Shown here: positions 9,820 to 23,924 of the stretch, in pieces
Layout of the letters: each line of letters starts with the position of its first letter
Position numbering within the stretch: the stretch's first letter is position 1
Assembly (NCBI GenBank): GCA_900552115.1
Contig: URYP01000001.1
Coordinates: forward strand, 1 to 59,949
Length of the DNA stretch: 59,949 bases
DNA from: an uncultured Oscillospiraceae bacterium
Lineage (GTDB): Bacteria; Bacillota; Clostridia; Oscillospirales; Acutalibacteraceae
Direction: 5' to 3'
Notes under the pieces: model-generated
What the model saw: the letters and a program-made list of their open reading frames with translations, nothing else
The model's database searches: none
Told to the model about the DNA's origin: nothing
Position numbers and translations under genes: made by a program

Positions 9820-10350
9820 TTGCCAAGCGAGAAAGTATTGCAGGAAAAACAGGCGTACGTGGAAGAGCTGGCTGAAAAGCTGAGCAAAGCCACGGCCGGC
9901 GTTGTCGTAAGCTATCAGGGTATCACGGTTGCGGACGATACCAAGCTGCGCCGCCAGCTGCGCGAAGCCGGTGTGGAGTACACGGTTGTGAAAAACACCA
10001 TGCTGCGCCGCGCCAACGAAAAAGCGGGCCTCAGCGACATGGACTCCGTTCTGGAGGGTACCACCGCCGTGGCCATCAGCCCGGAGGATCATGTGGCGGC
10101 TGCCAAGATCCTGTGCGAGTATGCGGACAAAAGCCAGACCTTTAAGGTAAAGGCCGGTTTTGTCGAAGGCAAGGTTATCGACGCGAATGCGGTCGGTGAG
10201 CTGGCCAAAATGCCTCCCAAAGAGGTGTTGGTCGCCAAGGTACTGGGCGGCTTGAATGCGCCGATCAGCGGTTTGGTGTGTGTACTGAATGGTACGATGC
10301 GCGGACTCGTCTGTGCGCTGAACGCAATTGCCGAAAAGCAGGGCGCGTAA
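9820..10350 (+). CDS. rplJ: 50S ribosomal protein L10
   Basis: TTG start 8 nt after GGAGGTG. Sequence PSEKVLQEKQAYVEELAEKLSKATAGVVVSYQGITVADDTKLRRQLREAGVEYTVVKNT. Confidence 0.93.
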   Translation: MPSEKVLQEKQAYVEELAEKLSKATAGVVVSYQGITVADDTKLRRQLREAGVEYTVVKNTMLRRANEKAGLSDMDSVLEGTTAVAISPEDHVAAAKILCEYADKSQTFKVKAGFVEGKVIDANAVGELAKMPPKEVLVAKVLGGLNAPISGLVCVLNGTMRGLVCALNAIAEKQGA

Positions 10351-10413
10351 AGAACCCCATTGGCAGGCCAAAAGGCTGCCTAACTATTAAAAATTGATTT
10401 GGAGGATTTAAAA

Positions 10414-10791
10414 ATGTCTGATAAAGTTTTGAAATTGATCGAAGATGTCAAGGCTCTGACTGTTATGGAGCTGTCTGAACTGGTGAAAGCTCTGGAAGAG
10501 GAATTCGGCGTTTCCGCTGCCGCTCCGGTGGCTGTTGCCGCTGCTCCGGCTGCCGGCGCCGCCGCTGCCGCTGAAGAGAAAACCGAGTTTGACGTTGTTC
10601 TGGCCGAAGTTGGCGCCAACAAGATCAACGTGATCAAAGTGGTCCGCGAGATCACCGGCCTGGGCCTGAAAGAAGCTAAAGAAGTCGTTGACGGCGCTCC
10701 CAAGGCTGTCAAAGAAGGCGTTTCCAAGGACGATGCGGAAGACATGAAGAAGAAACTGGAAGAAGCCGGCGCGAAAGTCGAGCTGAAGTAA
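10414..10791 (+). CDS. rplL: 50S ribosomal protein L7/L12
   Basis: [33 protein letters not shown], an Ala-rich hinge, and C-terminal [31 protein letters not shown] before ATG 10414. Confidence 0.95.
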   Translation: MSDKVLKLIEDVKALTVMELSELVKALEEEFGVSAAAPVAVAAAPAAGAAAAAEEKTEFDVVLAEVGANKINVIKVVREITGLGLKEAKEVVDGAPKAVKEGVSKDDAEDMKKKLEEAGAKVELK

Positions 10792-10805
10792 GATTTTTCT
10801 TTAAA

Positions 10806-10836
10806 GCCTCCCACCCGAAAGGGCGGGAGGCTTTTT
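10806..10836 (+). terminator. Intrinsic terminator after rplL
   Basis: GCCTCCCACCC, loop GAAA, GGGCGGGAGGC (one mismatch), then T5. Confidence 0.8.
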
Positions 10837-10850
10837 ATCTACTTTTAAAA

Positions 10851-10880
10851 TCAAAAGCCCCCTGTATAGGGGGCTTTTGA
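10851..10880. terminator. Bidirectional hairpin between rplL and the convergent lipoprotein gene
   Basis: TCAAAAGCCCCCT, loop GTAT, AGGGGGCTTTTGA. A/T runs on both sides. Confidence 0.7.
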
Positions 10881-11156
10881 TTATTTGGTTGGGGACGCTT
10901 TGCTCATGGCATCCGAAACGCCGGTGCGCACCTTATTCATGGCATCCGAAGCGCCTTTACTGATATCGTCTATCAGGTTAGACGAATGCGAAGAGGAAGT
11001 CGTGCTGCTCGTGGTCGTCGTAGTAGTAGTCGAGGTGGTGGTGGTTTTGTCCTTATCGTTATTCTTATCGTCTTTGGACGTACACCCCACCAGTGCGACG
11101 GTCATCAGCAGGGTCCCCGCCAATATGCCGGCTAATCCGCGATTGGACTTGGACAT
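10881..11156 (-). CDS. Small Thr/Ser-rich lipoprotein (91 aa)
   Basis: Signal peptide with lipobox LVGC. A KTTTTSTTTTTTTSSTTSSS linker. C-terminal duplicated G(A/V)SDAM(N/S)K motif. Confidence 0.7.
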   Translation of the reverse strand: MSKSNRGLAGILAGTLLMTVALVGCTSKDDKNNDKDKTTTTSTTTTTTTSSTTSSSHSSNLIDDISKGASDAMNKVRTGVSDAMSKASPTK

Positions 11157-11438
11157 ATCTGCGTCAACTCCTTTTTCATTCCGATCGGAAAGAAACTCTC
11201 TCTTTCCGCTATTTACTATCCCCTATTCTTCGTCATTTATTAGCGTCCATTCTTTTCCTGCTTTTGTCACGCCACCGATAATAAGGCAAACCTATGTTAA
11301 TAAATTAAAATGTTATCCACACTCGGACCGACTACTCGCGCATGGTCTGTTATTATATCTTTATTATGATGATACATAGAGAGGATAATACCCATAAACG
11401 ACAAATAAATACCGTGCTTTGAAACGCTTTTCTGCCTG

Positions 11439-11473
11439 AAAAAGGCGGCCTATTTGCTGGCCGCCTTTTTTTT
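11439..11473. terminator. Hairpin terminator downstream of the AraC-family gene
   Basis: A5, GGCGGCC, 8-nt loop, GGCCGCC, T8. Lies directly after the minus-strand stop at 11477. Confidence 0.75.
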
Positions 11474-11476
11474 ACA

Positions 11477-12262
11477 CTATTTCTGTTTTTTTGAGGGCCT
11501 TGAGGCATAGCGACTGGGAGACACGCCATATTTCTTCTTAAACATCTTTGAAAAGTTATAAACGTTTCCGTAGCCGACACTGAGCGCTGCCTCACTGACG
11601 CTGAATCCATGCTCGGACATCAGCGCCGCCGCATTTTCCAACCGGACATCCATCAGGAACTGGTGGGGAGAAACACCCATTTGCTGCCGGAAAATAGTGC
11701 TGAAATAGCTGTGACTGACATTGAGACTATCTGCCAGGCCTTCAATTGTAATGGGTCTTGTATAATTTTTATGAATATACCCGGCAGCCCTGTCTACAAA
11801 GGTCTTATGGCTTGCGCCGGTGTCCGCACGGTCAATGGTCGCCAGAAATTCGAGAATTTTACCGCTAATATAATATTCACGGCCATGCATCCATTCATCT
11901 GTCGCGCCGAGAGAGCGGAAAATATGCTCTGCATAATGCGCATCAAGCACATACTCGCAGGCAAGCCGCGGGATCTCCAGAGGCGTTTCAAAGCCCACCC
12001 AGCAATAATGCCAGGGATTGGAGTGGTCCGGCTCATAATAGACCGCTTCATGAGGATGAATAATAAACAGCTGCCCTTCGGTGACCGTATATATTTGATC
12101 GTTGGCATAATAGTATCCGACGCCGGAATAAACGTAATGCAGCAGATAATAGTCGTTCATAACCCGGACCTTCGCTTTTTTATGCGGGCATTTTTCTTCT
12201 CCATATTGCAGGGGAACCACGTCCCGCAGCCCTTTATCGTCCAACATAATAAATTTTTGCAT
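11477..12262 (-). CDS. AraC-family transcriptional regulator (cupin sensor plus HTH)
   Basis: N-terminal cupin-like YYLLHYVYSGVGYYY...FIIHPHEAVYY. C-terminal dual HTH (SLNVSHSYFSTIFRQQMGVSPHQF...AALSVGYGNVYNFSKMFKKKYGVSP). Divergent from the GH2 gene. Confidence 0.9.
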   Translation of the reverse strand: MQKFIMLDDKGLRDVVPLQYGEEKCPHKKAKVRVMNDYYLLHYVYSGVGYYYANDQIYTVTEGQLFIIHPHEAVYYEPDHSNPWHYCWVGFETPLEIPRLACEYVLDAHYAEHIFRSLGATDEWMHGREYYISGKILEFLATIDRADTGASHKTFVDRAAGYIHKNYTRPITIEGLADSLNVSHSYFSTIFRQQMGVSPHQFLMDVRLENAAALMSEHGFSVSEAALSVGYGNVYNFSKMFKKKYGVSPSRYASRPSKKQK

Positions 12263-12402
12263 CGTCCATCCCCCCTGCTCTGCTCACTATAATCATAGCA
12301 GATTATGACAAATCCGCAATGGTTTTTGACAAAAAATTTATACTAACAGAGGCAAAACCAGCCTATGGAATTTCCTGCGGCTCTCTGCTACACTAAAGCT
12401 AA

Positions 12403-17910
<5,508 letters not shown>

Positions 17911-17925
17911 TCTCTCTTTCCATCG

Positions 17926-17957
17926 AAAAGCCGTCCGGCTTAAACCGGACGGCTTTT
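17926..17957. terminator. Bidirectional terminator between GH2 and the convergent SDR gene
   Basis: AAAA, GCCGTCCGG, loop, CCGGACGGC, TTTT. Confidence 0.85.
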
Positions 17958-17969
17958 CTTCTGTTACAG

Positions 17970-18965
17970 TCAGGCCCGTTGAGGCCGGTGTTTCATCCAC
18001 AAGATGGTGTCTGCAATCGTTTGGAACAAGTCGCGGGGATGATAGCCAAGCTCCCGCGTCGCTTTGTCATGGGAAAAACGATCGTTGCTGTTCAGCGTAT
18101 TCAGCGAATACTTGGTGTACAGCGGCCGCTGCCGTTTACGTCGGGCGGCCCAGCCCATCACAGGAGCCGCCGCCTTTGCCATCCAGACCGGCAACACCGG
18201 CAGCCGGCGTCCTCCTTGTACCTCCTGCACCATTTTCAGAACATCTTTAACCTCATAATGCCGGTTGGAGAGAATATAGCATTCCCCGGTCCGCCCTTTT
18301 TCCGCCGCGGCGATGCAGCCGGCCGCCACATCCCGAACATCCACAAAATCGTATCCGCCCCGCACGCAGGCGGGCAGCTTGCCATGGATATAATCGCTGA
18401 CCATTTGGACCAGATGATTGCCGGAGCCGTCGTATGGTCCCAGAATCCCCGAAGGATGCACCACCACCGCGTCCAGTCCCCGCGCGACCGCATCCAGCAC
18501 GACCTGGGTCGCCTCCGCTTTGGTCTTGGCATACCCGCCGGAGACTTGCTCTGAGGAAAAGTGCCGGATTTCCTGCTGGACACGCAGGCTGCTCTTTTCC
18601 GGAATGGCGTGTACCGAACTGACATACACCATCCGCTTCACATGGTGCTGCAGGCAAAGCTCCACCATATTCCGCGTACCGCCCACATTGACGTCGTACA
18701 GCGGTTTGGTCACTTCACCGGAAATATCCACAATACCCGCTGTATGAATGACGATGATCTCCTTGTCCTCCAGCCCTTCAAACAAGGGTTGTAAAGTGGC
18801 TATATCCCGCACGTCCCCGCGGATATACGTCATCCATCTGTCGTCGCTTCCAGGTTCACCGGGCAGGATCAGCCCGCGCATTGTTTTGCCCTGCCGCTTG
18901 AGCTGGCGGACAATGGTATTTCCCAGGTGCCCATTGGCGCCCGTAATAATATAGACCCGCTCCAT
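17970..18965 (-). CDS. NAD-dependent epimerase/dehydratase family SDR (extended SDR, reductase-like)
   Basis: Rossmann motif IITGANGHLGNTIV. YAKTK catalytic Tyr-x3-Lys. 331 aa. Confidence 0.85.
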   Translation of the reverse strand: MERVYIITGANGHLGNTIVRQLKRQGKTMRGLILPGEPGSDDRWMTYIRGDVRDIATLQPLFEGLEDKEIIVIHTAGIVDISGEVTKPLYDVNVGGTRNMVELCLQHHVKRMVYVSSVHAIPEKSSLRVQQEIRHFSSEQVSGGYAKTKAEATQVVLDAVARGLDAVVVHPSGILGPYDGSGNHLVQMVSDYIHGKLPACVRGGYDFVDVRDVAAGCIAAAEKGRTGECYILSNRHYEVKDVLKMVQEVQGGRRLPVLPVWMAKAAAPVMGWAARRKRQRPLYTKYSLNTLNSNDRFSHDKATRELGYHPRDLFQTIADTILWMKHRPQRA

Positions 18966-18997
18966 ATCGATGCCTCCCTTTATAAATGAACAGGGTG

Positions 18998-19026
18998 TTG
19001 ATTTTTCTTTCTACTTGTATTATGAT
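18998..19026 (+). promoter_or_regulatory. Candidate sigmaA promoter for the TetR gene
   Basis: TTGATT, 17 nt, TATGAT in an AT-rich divergent intergenic region. Overlaps an 8-bp inverted repeat CTTGTATT...AATACAAG that could be an operator. Confidence 0.5.
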
Positions 19027-19117
19027 AAATTTAGATGAAAATACAAGACTTGAACTTTGAACATTTTTCGAATGAACCGACAAAACCGGCCACACCTGTT
19101 TAAAAGGAGGGGTTGTT

Positions 19118-19744
19118 TTGAAAAATGTTACAAATAGCCGGAGGGTGCTGCATACCAAACGGCGTCTGCGCAAAGCGCTGACCGAGCTGCTGGAACAAAA
19201 GCCACTACAGTCCATTACCGTTCGGGAACTGTGCGAACGGGCCGGGATTAACCGCGGTACGTTTTATATGCACTATACCGACATGTACGATCTGCTCCAG
19301 CAGCTGGAAGATGAGATGCTGACGGATTTTAGCAAAGCGCTGGAGCCCCTTTTGCGCGTAAAGGAAAAGCAGCTGCATCCCGTTGAGCTCAGTACGCAGA
19401 TTTTCCAGTGCCTCAAGGACAACGCGGACATTTGTGTGGTGACGCTTGGGGACTATGGAGACAAGGATTTTGCCCTTAAGCTGATCAATCTGGGACGGGA
19501 ACACTGTTTTGAAGCCTACACCCAGTATTTTGCCGATGCATCTCCCCGGCAGTTGGATTACTTCTACGCCTTTGTCAGTGCGGGCTGCATCGGCCTGCTT
19601 AAAAAGTGGCTGGACGAAGGTATGCTGACCTCCGCTAAGGACATGGCCCTCACCGCTGAGAGTCTCATGCTGCATGGCGTCGGTTTTTTAAAGGGAGAAA
19701 CCCTGGAAATGCCGGCTTTACAGGAAAGGAAGAAACCACTATGA
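19118..19744 (+). CDS. TetR/AcrR-family transcriptional regulator
   Basis: HTH ITVRELCERAGINRGTFYMHYTDMYDL. TTG start after AAGGAGGGG. Confidence 0.88.
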   Translation: MKNVTNSRRVLHTKRRLRKALTELLEQKPLQSITVRELCERAGINRGTFYMHYTDMYDLLQQLEDEMLTDFSKALEPLLRVKEKQLHPVELSTQIFQCLKDNADICVVTLGDYGDKDFALKLINLGREHCFEAYTQYFADASPRQLDYFYAFVSAGCIGLLKKWLDEGMLTSAKDMALTAESLMLHGVGFLKGETLEMPALQERKKPL

Positions 19745-20133
19745 CGACTGCCGCCATTGAAGCGGTGTTTACCGCCGATCTGGAATCGGTATGGAACACC
19801 GTCACCTCTCTCACGGAATATACCTGGCGCAGCGATATCCGCCGCATCGACATTATCCCGCAAGGCTTTGTGGAATATACGGCAGACGGTTACTCCACCA
19901 CCTTTACAGTCACGTCTTTCGAGCCGATGACTCATTATGCGTTTGATATGGACAACAGCCGTATGCACGGCCACTGGACCGGATTATTTACCGAAGAGGA
20001 CGGCTGCGTCACCATCCGTTTCACTGAAGAGGTGACAGCAAAGGTGTTTTTTTTGAAACCGTTTGTGGGATTGTATTTAAAAAAGCAGCAGGCGGCCTAT
20101 GTCGCAGATCTCCACAAGGCACTGGGCGGATAA
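19741..20133 (+). CDS. SRPBCC (START/polyketide-cyclase-like) family protein
   Basis: 130 aa. N-terminus AIEAVFTADLESVWNTVTSLTEYTWRSD is typical of SRPBCC ligand-binding proteins. ATGA overlap with the TetR stop. Confidence 0.7.
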   Translation: MTTAAIEAVFTADLESVWNTVTSLTEYTWRSDIRRIDIIPQGFVEYTADGYSTTFTVTSFEPMTHYAFDMDNSRMHGHWTGLFTEEDGCVTIRFTEEVTAKVFFLKPFVGLYLKKQQAAYVADLHKALGG

Positions 20134-20147
20134 TGATCCATAATCAC

Positions 20148-20193
20148 AAAAACCCCCTGGCCGGTAAACGATTTTACCGGCCAGGGGGCTTTG
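20148..20193. terminator. Bidirectional terminator (SRPBCC gene / peptidase gene)
   Basis: 16-bp perfect stem CCCCCTGGCCGGTAAA / TTTACCGGCCAGGGGG with loop CGAT, flanked by A5 and TTT. Confidence 0.9.
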
Positions 20194-20215
20194 ACATATA
20201 GGAGGCTGCCTGTGC

Positions 20216-21286
20216 TCATCCAACAATGTGCAGGTCTTTTGACGCTTTATTGAGTACTTCGCACCCGGTTTCTGTCACCAGCACAAGATCCTCTATCCGC
20301 ACGCCGATCCGTCCGGGAAGATAGATCCCCGGTTCAATGGAAAAGGTCATGCCAGGCGCGGCCACCGCTTCACTGGCGGAGCCGACATCTGGCGGCTCAT
20401 GGCAATCCAGCCCGATGTTGTGTCCCAGCCGGTGGGTAAAATAGGAGCCGTATCCCGCTTCCTCAATGACCCGTCGGGCTGCCCGGTCAATGTCTTTCAG
20501 CGGTACGCCCGGTTTCACTGCGGCAATGCCGGCCTGGTTTGCTCGTAGCACGGTTTCATATACCCGCCGCTGCTCCTCATCTGCCTCGCCAAAAAACACG
20601 GTACGGGTCATATCGCACCAGTAGCGGCCAATGGGTGTGAAAATATCAAAGGTAACGCCCATCCCTTTATGCAGGACGGTGTGTCCCGGTGCATGGTGCG
20701 GGTCGGCCGCGTTGGCGCCAAAACAAACCAGCTGCGGTCCATCCGCCACATCCGCACCCCGCGCCGCAAACTCCCGGTTGACGAGCGATGCCAGTTCCAG
20801 CTCCGTCACACCCTCCCGCAGCGCCGCGATCGCCGCTTCTACCACCTGATCGTTGACAGCAGACGCCCGCCGCATAGCGGCCTGTTCCTCGGCGTCTTTA
20901 AACCGCCGCGCCATATCCACCGGCGCGCTGCCCAGCACCGGGGTTATATCCTTTCGATGGTCCAGCAGTCCGATTAAAAAACGGCTTGGCCATTCTTTGT
21001 CGATCCCCATTGTCCCCGGCTGAATCGCCGCCGCCAAATCCGCTACCGGATCGTCGCCGTCTTTGTGCGGCCGCCAGTTGAGCCCCTCGGGCTGAATCCC
21101 AAAAATCTCATTGCCAAACAATATGGCGCGGCCGTCGATATCGAGATAGAGGGCCAGCATCCGCTCGTGCGGTTCAATCCACAGGCCGGTTAGATAATAC
21201 ACCGACGCCGTGGAGGATATCAGCGTTTGCCGCAGACCCTCCCGGCGCATATGGCCTATGACATTTGCCAGACGCTGCTGATTCAT
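20216..21286 (-). CDS. M24-family Xaa-Pro dipeptidase / aminopeptidase P
   Basis: Creatinase-like N-domain. Metal ligand motifs FTHRLGHNIGLDCHEPP and FSIEPGIY...GVRIEDLV. Confidence 0.9.
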   Translation of the reverse strand: MNQQRLANVIGHMRREGLRQTLISSTASVYYLTGLWIEPHERMLALYLDIDGRAILFGNEIFGIQPEGLNWRPHKDGDDPVADLAAAIQPGTMGIDKEWPSRFLIGLLDHRKDITPVLGSAPVDMARRFKDAEEQAAMRRASAVNDQVVEAAIAALREGVTELELASLVNREFAARGADVADGPQLVCFGANAADPHHAPGHTVLHKGMGVTFDIFTPIGRYWCDMTRTVFFGEADEEQRRVYETVLRANQAGIAAVKPGVPLKDIDRAARRVIEEAGYGSYFTHRLGHNIGLDCHEPPDVGSASEAVAAPGMTFSIEPGIYLPGRIGVRIEDLVLVTETGCEVLNKASKDLHIVG

Positions 21287-21475
21287 TAGACAACTCCCCT
21301 TTCCTTGCGTACCTATTGATTAGCCACAAACAGAAAAACTGGCGTTTATCTCCAGCGCATTACAGTTATTCTTTGAAGTCTATTGCGAGGCAAAAGGCCT
21401 TTGGCTCAAGCCGACAGGCTTAAAATACGGATTCCCGGTTCCTCGCAGACCAATGTGTCAATCCTCGAGTTGACA

Positions 21476-21808
21476 CTATTTGACCATCATGCACACCAGC
21501 GTGCAGGGCTTGTCGGTGCGGTTTTCACACCAGTGGCGCTCCCCTTTGGGAATCAGGGTCGCCGCGCCTTTTCCCACCACGCCGACGTCCTTGCCGCTTT
21601 CGGTGTAGACCTCTCCCTCCAAAAAATAGGAGTACTCGTCCGCATCGTGGCAGCCATCCCCCTGCTCCGGCACCCGCGCGCCGGGCTGGATGGTGATGAG
21701 GCTAAAATCCATATGTGTGTACGCGCCCTCCATTTTAAAAATTTTTCTCATGTCGTATAGCGGCAGCCCCACCGCCGCTATGTCTTCGTCTACATGTATA
21801 AGGGTCAT
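21476..21808 (-). CDS. Cupin domain protein (~110 aa)
   Basis: GDGCHDADEYSYFLEGEV...IPKGERHWCEN cupin motifs. Start chosen at ATG 21808 (AGGGAGA 8 nt upstream); ATG 21814 is also possible. The track start 21934 overlaps the upstream permease gene. Confidence 0.75.
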   Translation of the reverse strand: MTLIHVDEDIAAVGLPLYDMRKIFKMEGAYTHMDFSLITIQPGARVPEQGDGCHDADEYSYFLEGEVYTESGKDVGVVGKGAATLIPKGERHWCENRTDKPCTLVCMMVK

Positions 21809-21836
21809 ATGCATCGTCTCCCTGAAAATATTTGTG

Positions 21837-21868
21837 GAAAACCGGCGCGGAAATCCGCGCCGGTTTTT
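21837..21868 (-). terminator. Hairpin between the ABC permease and cupin genes
   Basis: AAAA, CCGGCGCGG, loop AAAT, CCGCGCCGG, TTTTT. May be a partial terminator, with the cupin gene expressed by read-through. Confidence 0.6.
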
Positions 21869-22712
21869 ATAATTGCTTGCGCAGTTTCGGGTCCATATAG
21901 TCCCGCAGGCCGTCACCGATAAAATTGGCCCCAATGGCCACGGTAAAGATTGCCAGCCCCGGGAAGGTGGACACCCACCAGTACTGGAATGCCGTCACGC
22001 CGTCGCTCACCATGGCGCCCCATTCCGGAGCAGGCGGCTGGACGCCGAGCCCCAGGAAGCTCAAGCCGGAGAACATCAGAATGGCATTGCCCAAATCCAG
22101 TGTCGCCATTACCAGCAGCGGCCCGATGCTGTTGGGCAGGATTTCCCGGAACAGTATCCGCGCACGGGACGCCCCCATCAAGCGGCTGGCCGTCACATAA
22201 TCGTTTTCCTTCAGCGATATGACGATGCTGCGGGTCAGGCGGGCGTAATTGGGCCACCAGATGATCGCCATGGCGAACACCGAATTGACGATGCTCGGTC
22301 CCATGGCCGCCGCGATCACCATGGCCAGGATCAGCGGTGGGAACGACTGCACCATTTCGCTGAGGCGCATCATAATATCATCGACGATCCCACCCGCGTA
22401 GCCGGCGACCGCGCCGTAAACCATACCGATTAAAAACGAGAACAGCACCGTAATCAGGCCCGCTGTGATGGAATACTGGCTGCCCACCAGCACACGGCTG
22501 AATACATCGCGCCCCAGGCTGTCCGTGCCAAACCAGTGCGCCCCGCTGGGTGCCTGGAACCGCTGCGACAAATCCTGGGCGAGGGGATCCATGGGCGCAA
22601 TCAAGCGGGCCAGCACCATAACCACCAGCCACACCAGACAAATGATGAGCCCGACTTTAAACATGAAATTCTTTTGTTTCCATAAACTGCGTATCGTGTG
22701 CACGCTCGTCAT
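21867..22712 (-). CDS. Peptide/nickel ABC transporter permease (DppC/OppC-like)
   Basis: 281 aa, 6 predicted TM. Conserved GTDSLGRDVFSRV motif typical of OppC/DppC. Confidence 0.9.
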   Translation of the reverse strand: MTSVHTIRSLWKQKNFMFKVGLIICLVWLVVMVLARLIAPMDPLAQDLSQRFQAPSGAHWFGTDSLGRDVFSRVLVGSQYSITAGLITVLFSFLIGMVYGAVAGYAGGIVDDIMMRLSEMVQSFPPLILAMVIAAAMGPSIVNSVFAMAIIWWPNYARLTRSIVISLKENDYVTASRLMGASRARILFREILPNSIGPLLVMATLDLGNAILMFSGLSFLGLGVQPPAPEWGAMVSDGVTAFQYWWVSTFPGLAIFTVAIGANFIGDGLRDYMDPKLRKQL

Positions 22713-22743
22713 CCTCCCTTTCCGTCATTCCATACGCCGGCCC

Positions 22744-23793
22744 TTACTGGTACCGGACACGGGGATCGATAATACCGTAAAGGATATCAATCACAAGGTT
22801 GATGACGACATAGTTCAGGGCGATCAGCAGCGATACGCCGCAGATCGCGGGAAAGTCCAGCGTCGTGGCCGCCTGGTAGGCGTACTGCCCGATGCCGGGC
22901 CAGGCAAAAATCTTTTCCACAAACACCATACCGCCAAGCAGGTTACAGAAACCCATACCGGCTACGGTGATGACCGGGATCAGCGCATTGCCCAGCGCGT
23001 GGCCCGTGACCACCCGCCGTTCACTCATGCCTTTGGCACGGGCGGTGCGTATGTAGTCCATGGACATGGTTTCCAGCAGATTGCTGCGGGTCTGGCGGGT
23101 GATAAGCCCCATGGTGAAGAAGCCCAGCACCAGTGCCGGCAGGATCAGGTGGGACAATGCGTCCCCCACCAGCGACCAGTTCCCGGAAAGCAGTCCGTCC
23201 AGCACATACAGGCCGCTGCCACCGGTGGGGATCTCGCCCCGGATATCCAGCCGGCCGCCGCCGGGGAACCAGCCCAGTGTGGATGAAAACACCGACAGCA
23301 TCAGCAGCGCGAACCAGAAGCTGGGAATCGACACACCGCTGACCGATATCGCCCGCAGGGCCTGGTCGGCGGCTTTATTTCGAAAAACCGCCGAGAGAAC
23401 GCCGAACAGAATCCCCAGCACAATGGCGATGAGCATGGCGAAGACGGACAATTCCACCGTGGCCGGGAAACACTGCAACAGGTCCTGCATCACCGGCTGG
23501 CCGGTACGGATGGACGTGCCCATGTCCCCTTTCAGCAGGTTACCGACATAGACGAAATACTGCTGATACAGCGGCTTGTCCAGTCCCCATTTCTCTTTAT
23601 ACGCCTGCACAACCTCCTCATCGGCCTGCGCCGACTGGCTCAGGTTGGCCGCAACCGGGTCGCTGGGAACCATATGGGAGATCAGGAAAACCATTAACGA
23701 GACGCCAAACAGGAGAAGAATCATCATTCCCAGTCGTCTCAGGATATAACGCCACAAACCGCTGCACGTCCTTTCTGTCATCCGGTATTCCAT
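22744..23793 (-). CDS. Peptide/nickel ABC transporter permease (DppB/OppB-like)
   Basis: LWRYILRRLGMMILLLFGVSLMVFL N-terminal signature. The true start is uncertain and may lie a few codons downstream of 23793. Confidence 0.88.
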   Translation of the reverse strand: MEYRMTERTCSGLWRYILRRLGMMILLLFGVSLMVFLISHMVPSDPVAANLSQSAQADEEVVQAYKEKWGLDKPLYQQYFVYVGNLLKGDMGTSIRTGQPVMQDLLQCFPATVELSVFAMLIAIVLGILFGVLSAVFRNKAADQALRAISVSGVSIPSFWFALLMLSVFSSTLGWFPGGGRLDIRGEIPTGGSGLYVLDGLLSGNWSLVGDALSHLILPALVLGFFTMGLITRQTRSNLLETMSMDYIRTARAKGMSERRVVTGHALGNALIPVITVAGMGFCNLLGGMVFVEKIFAWPGIGQYAYQAATTLDFPAICGVSLLIALNYVVINLVIDILYGIIDPRVRYQ

Positions 23794-23852
23794 AAAACCG
23801 GATCGCCTGTGCGATTAAGCTTTATGGAATACTGGCGTTCGGGATAAGGTAC

Positions 23853-23888
23853 CCGCCGGGAAGACCGGATATCCGGCCTTCCCGGCGG
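23853..23888 (-). promoter_or_regulatory. Intra-operon stem-loop after the substrate-binding-protein gene
   Basis: CCGCCGGGAAG(A)CCGG, loop ATAT, CCGG(C)CTTCCCGGCGG, with no clear U-tract. Could be an mRNA stabiliser or partial terminator. Confidence 0.45.
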
Positions 23889-23924
23889 CTGATTTACCGC
23901 TTTACGTCCACTTCCAAATGGACT

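Noticed and set aside
10990-11060. Apparent short tandem DNA repeats (GTCGTCGTAGTAGTAGTCGAGGTGGTGGTGG)
   Set aside because: This is the antisense of the poly-Thr/Ser coding tract of the lipoprotein gene. It is coding low complexity, not a CRISPR array or a non-coding microsatellite.
21454-21475. Inverted repeat GTGTCAA-N8-TTGACAC just after the cupin gene stop, as a terminator
   Set aside because: The stem is only 7 bp and has no U-tract on the minus strand. It could equally be a protein-binding site or chance, so it is not listed as a feature.
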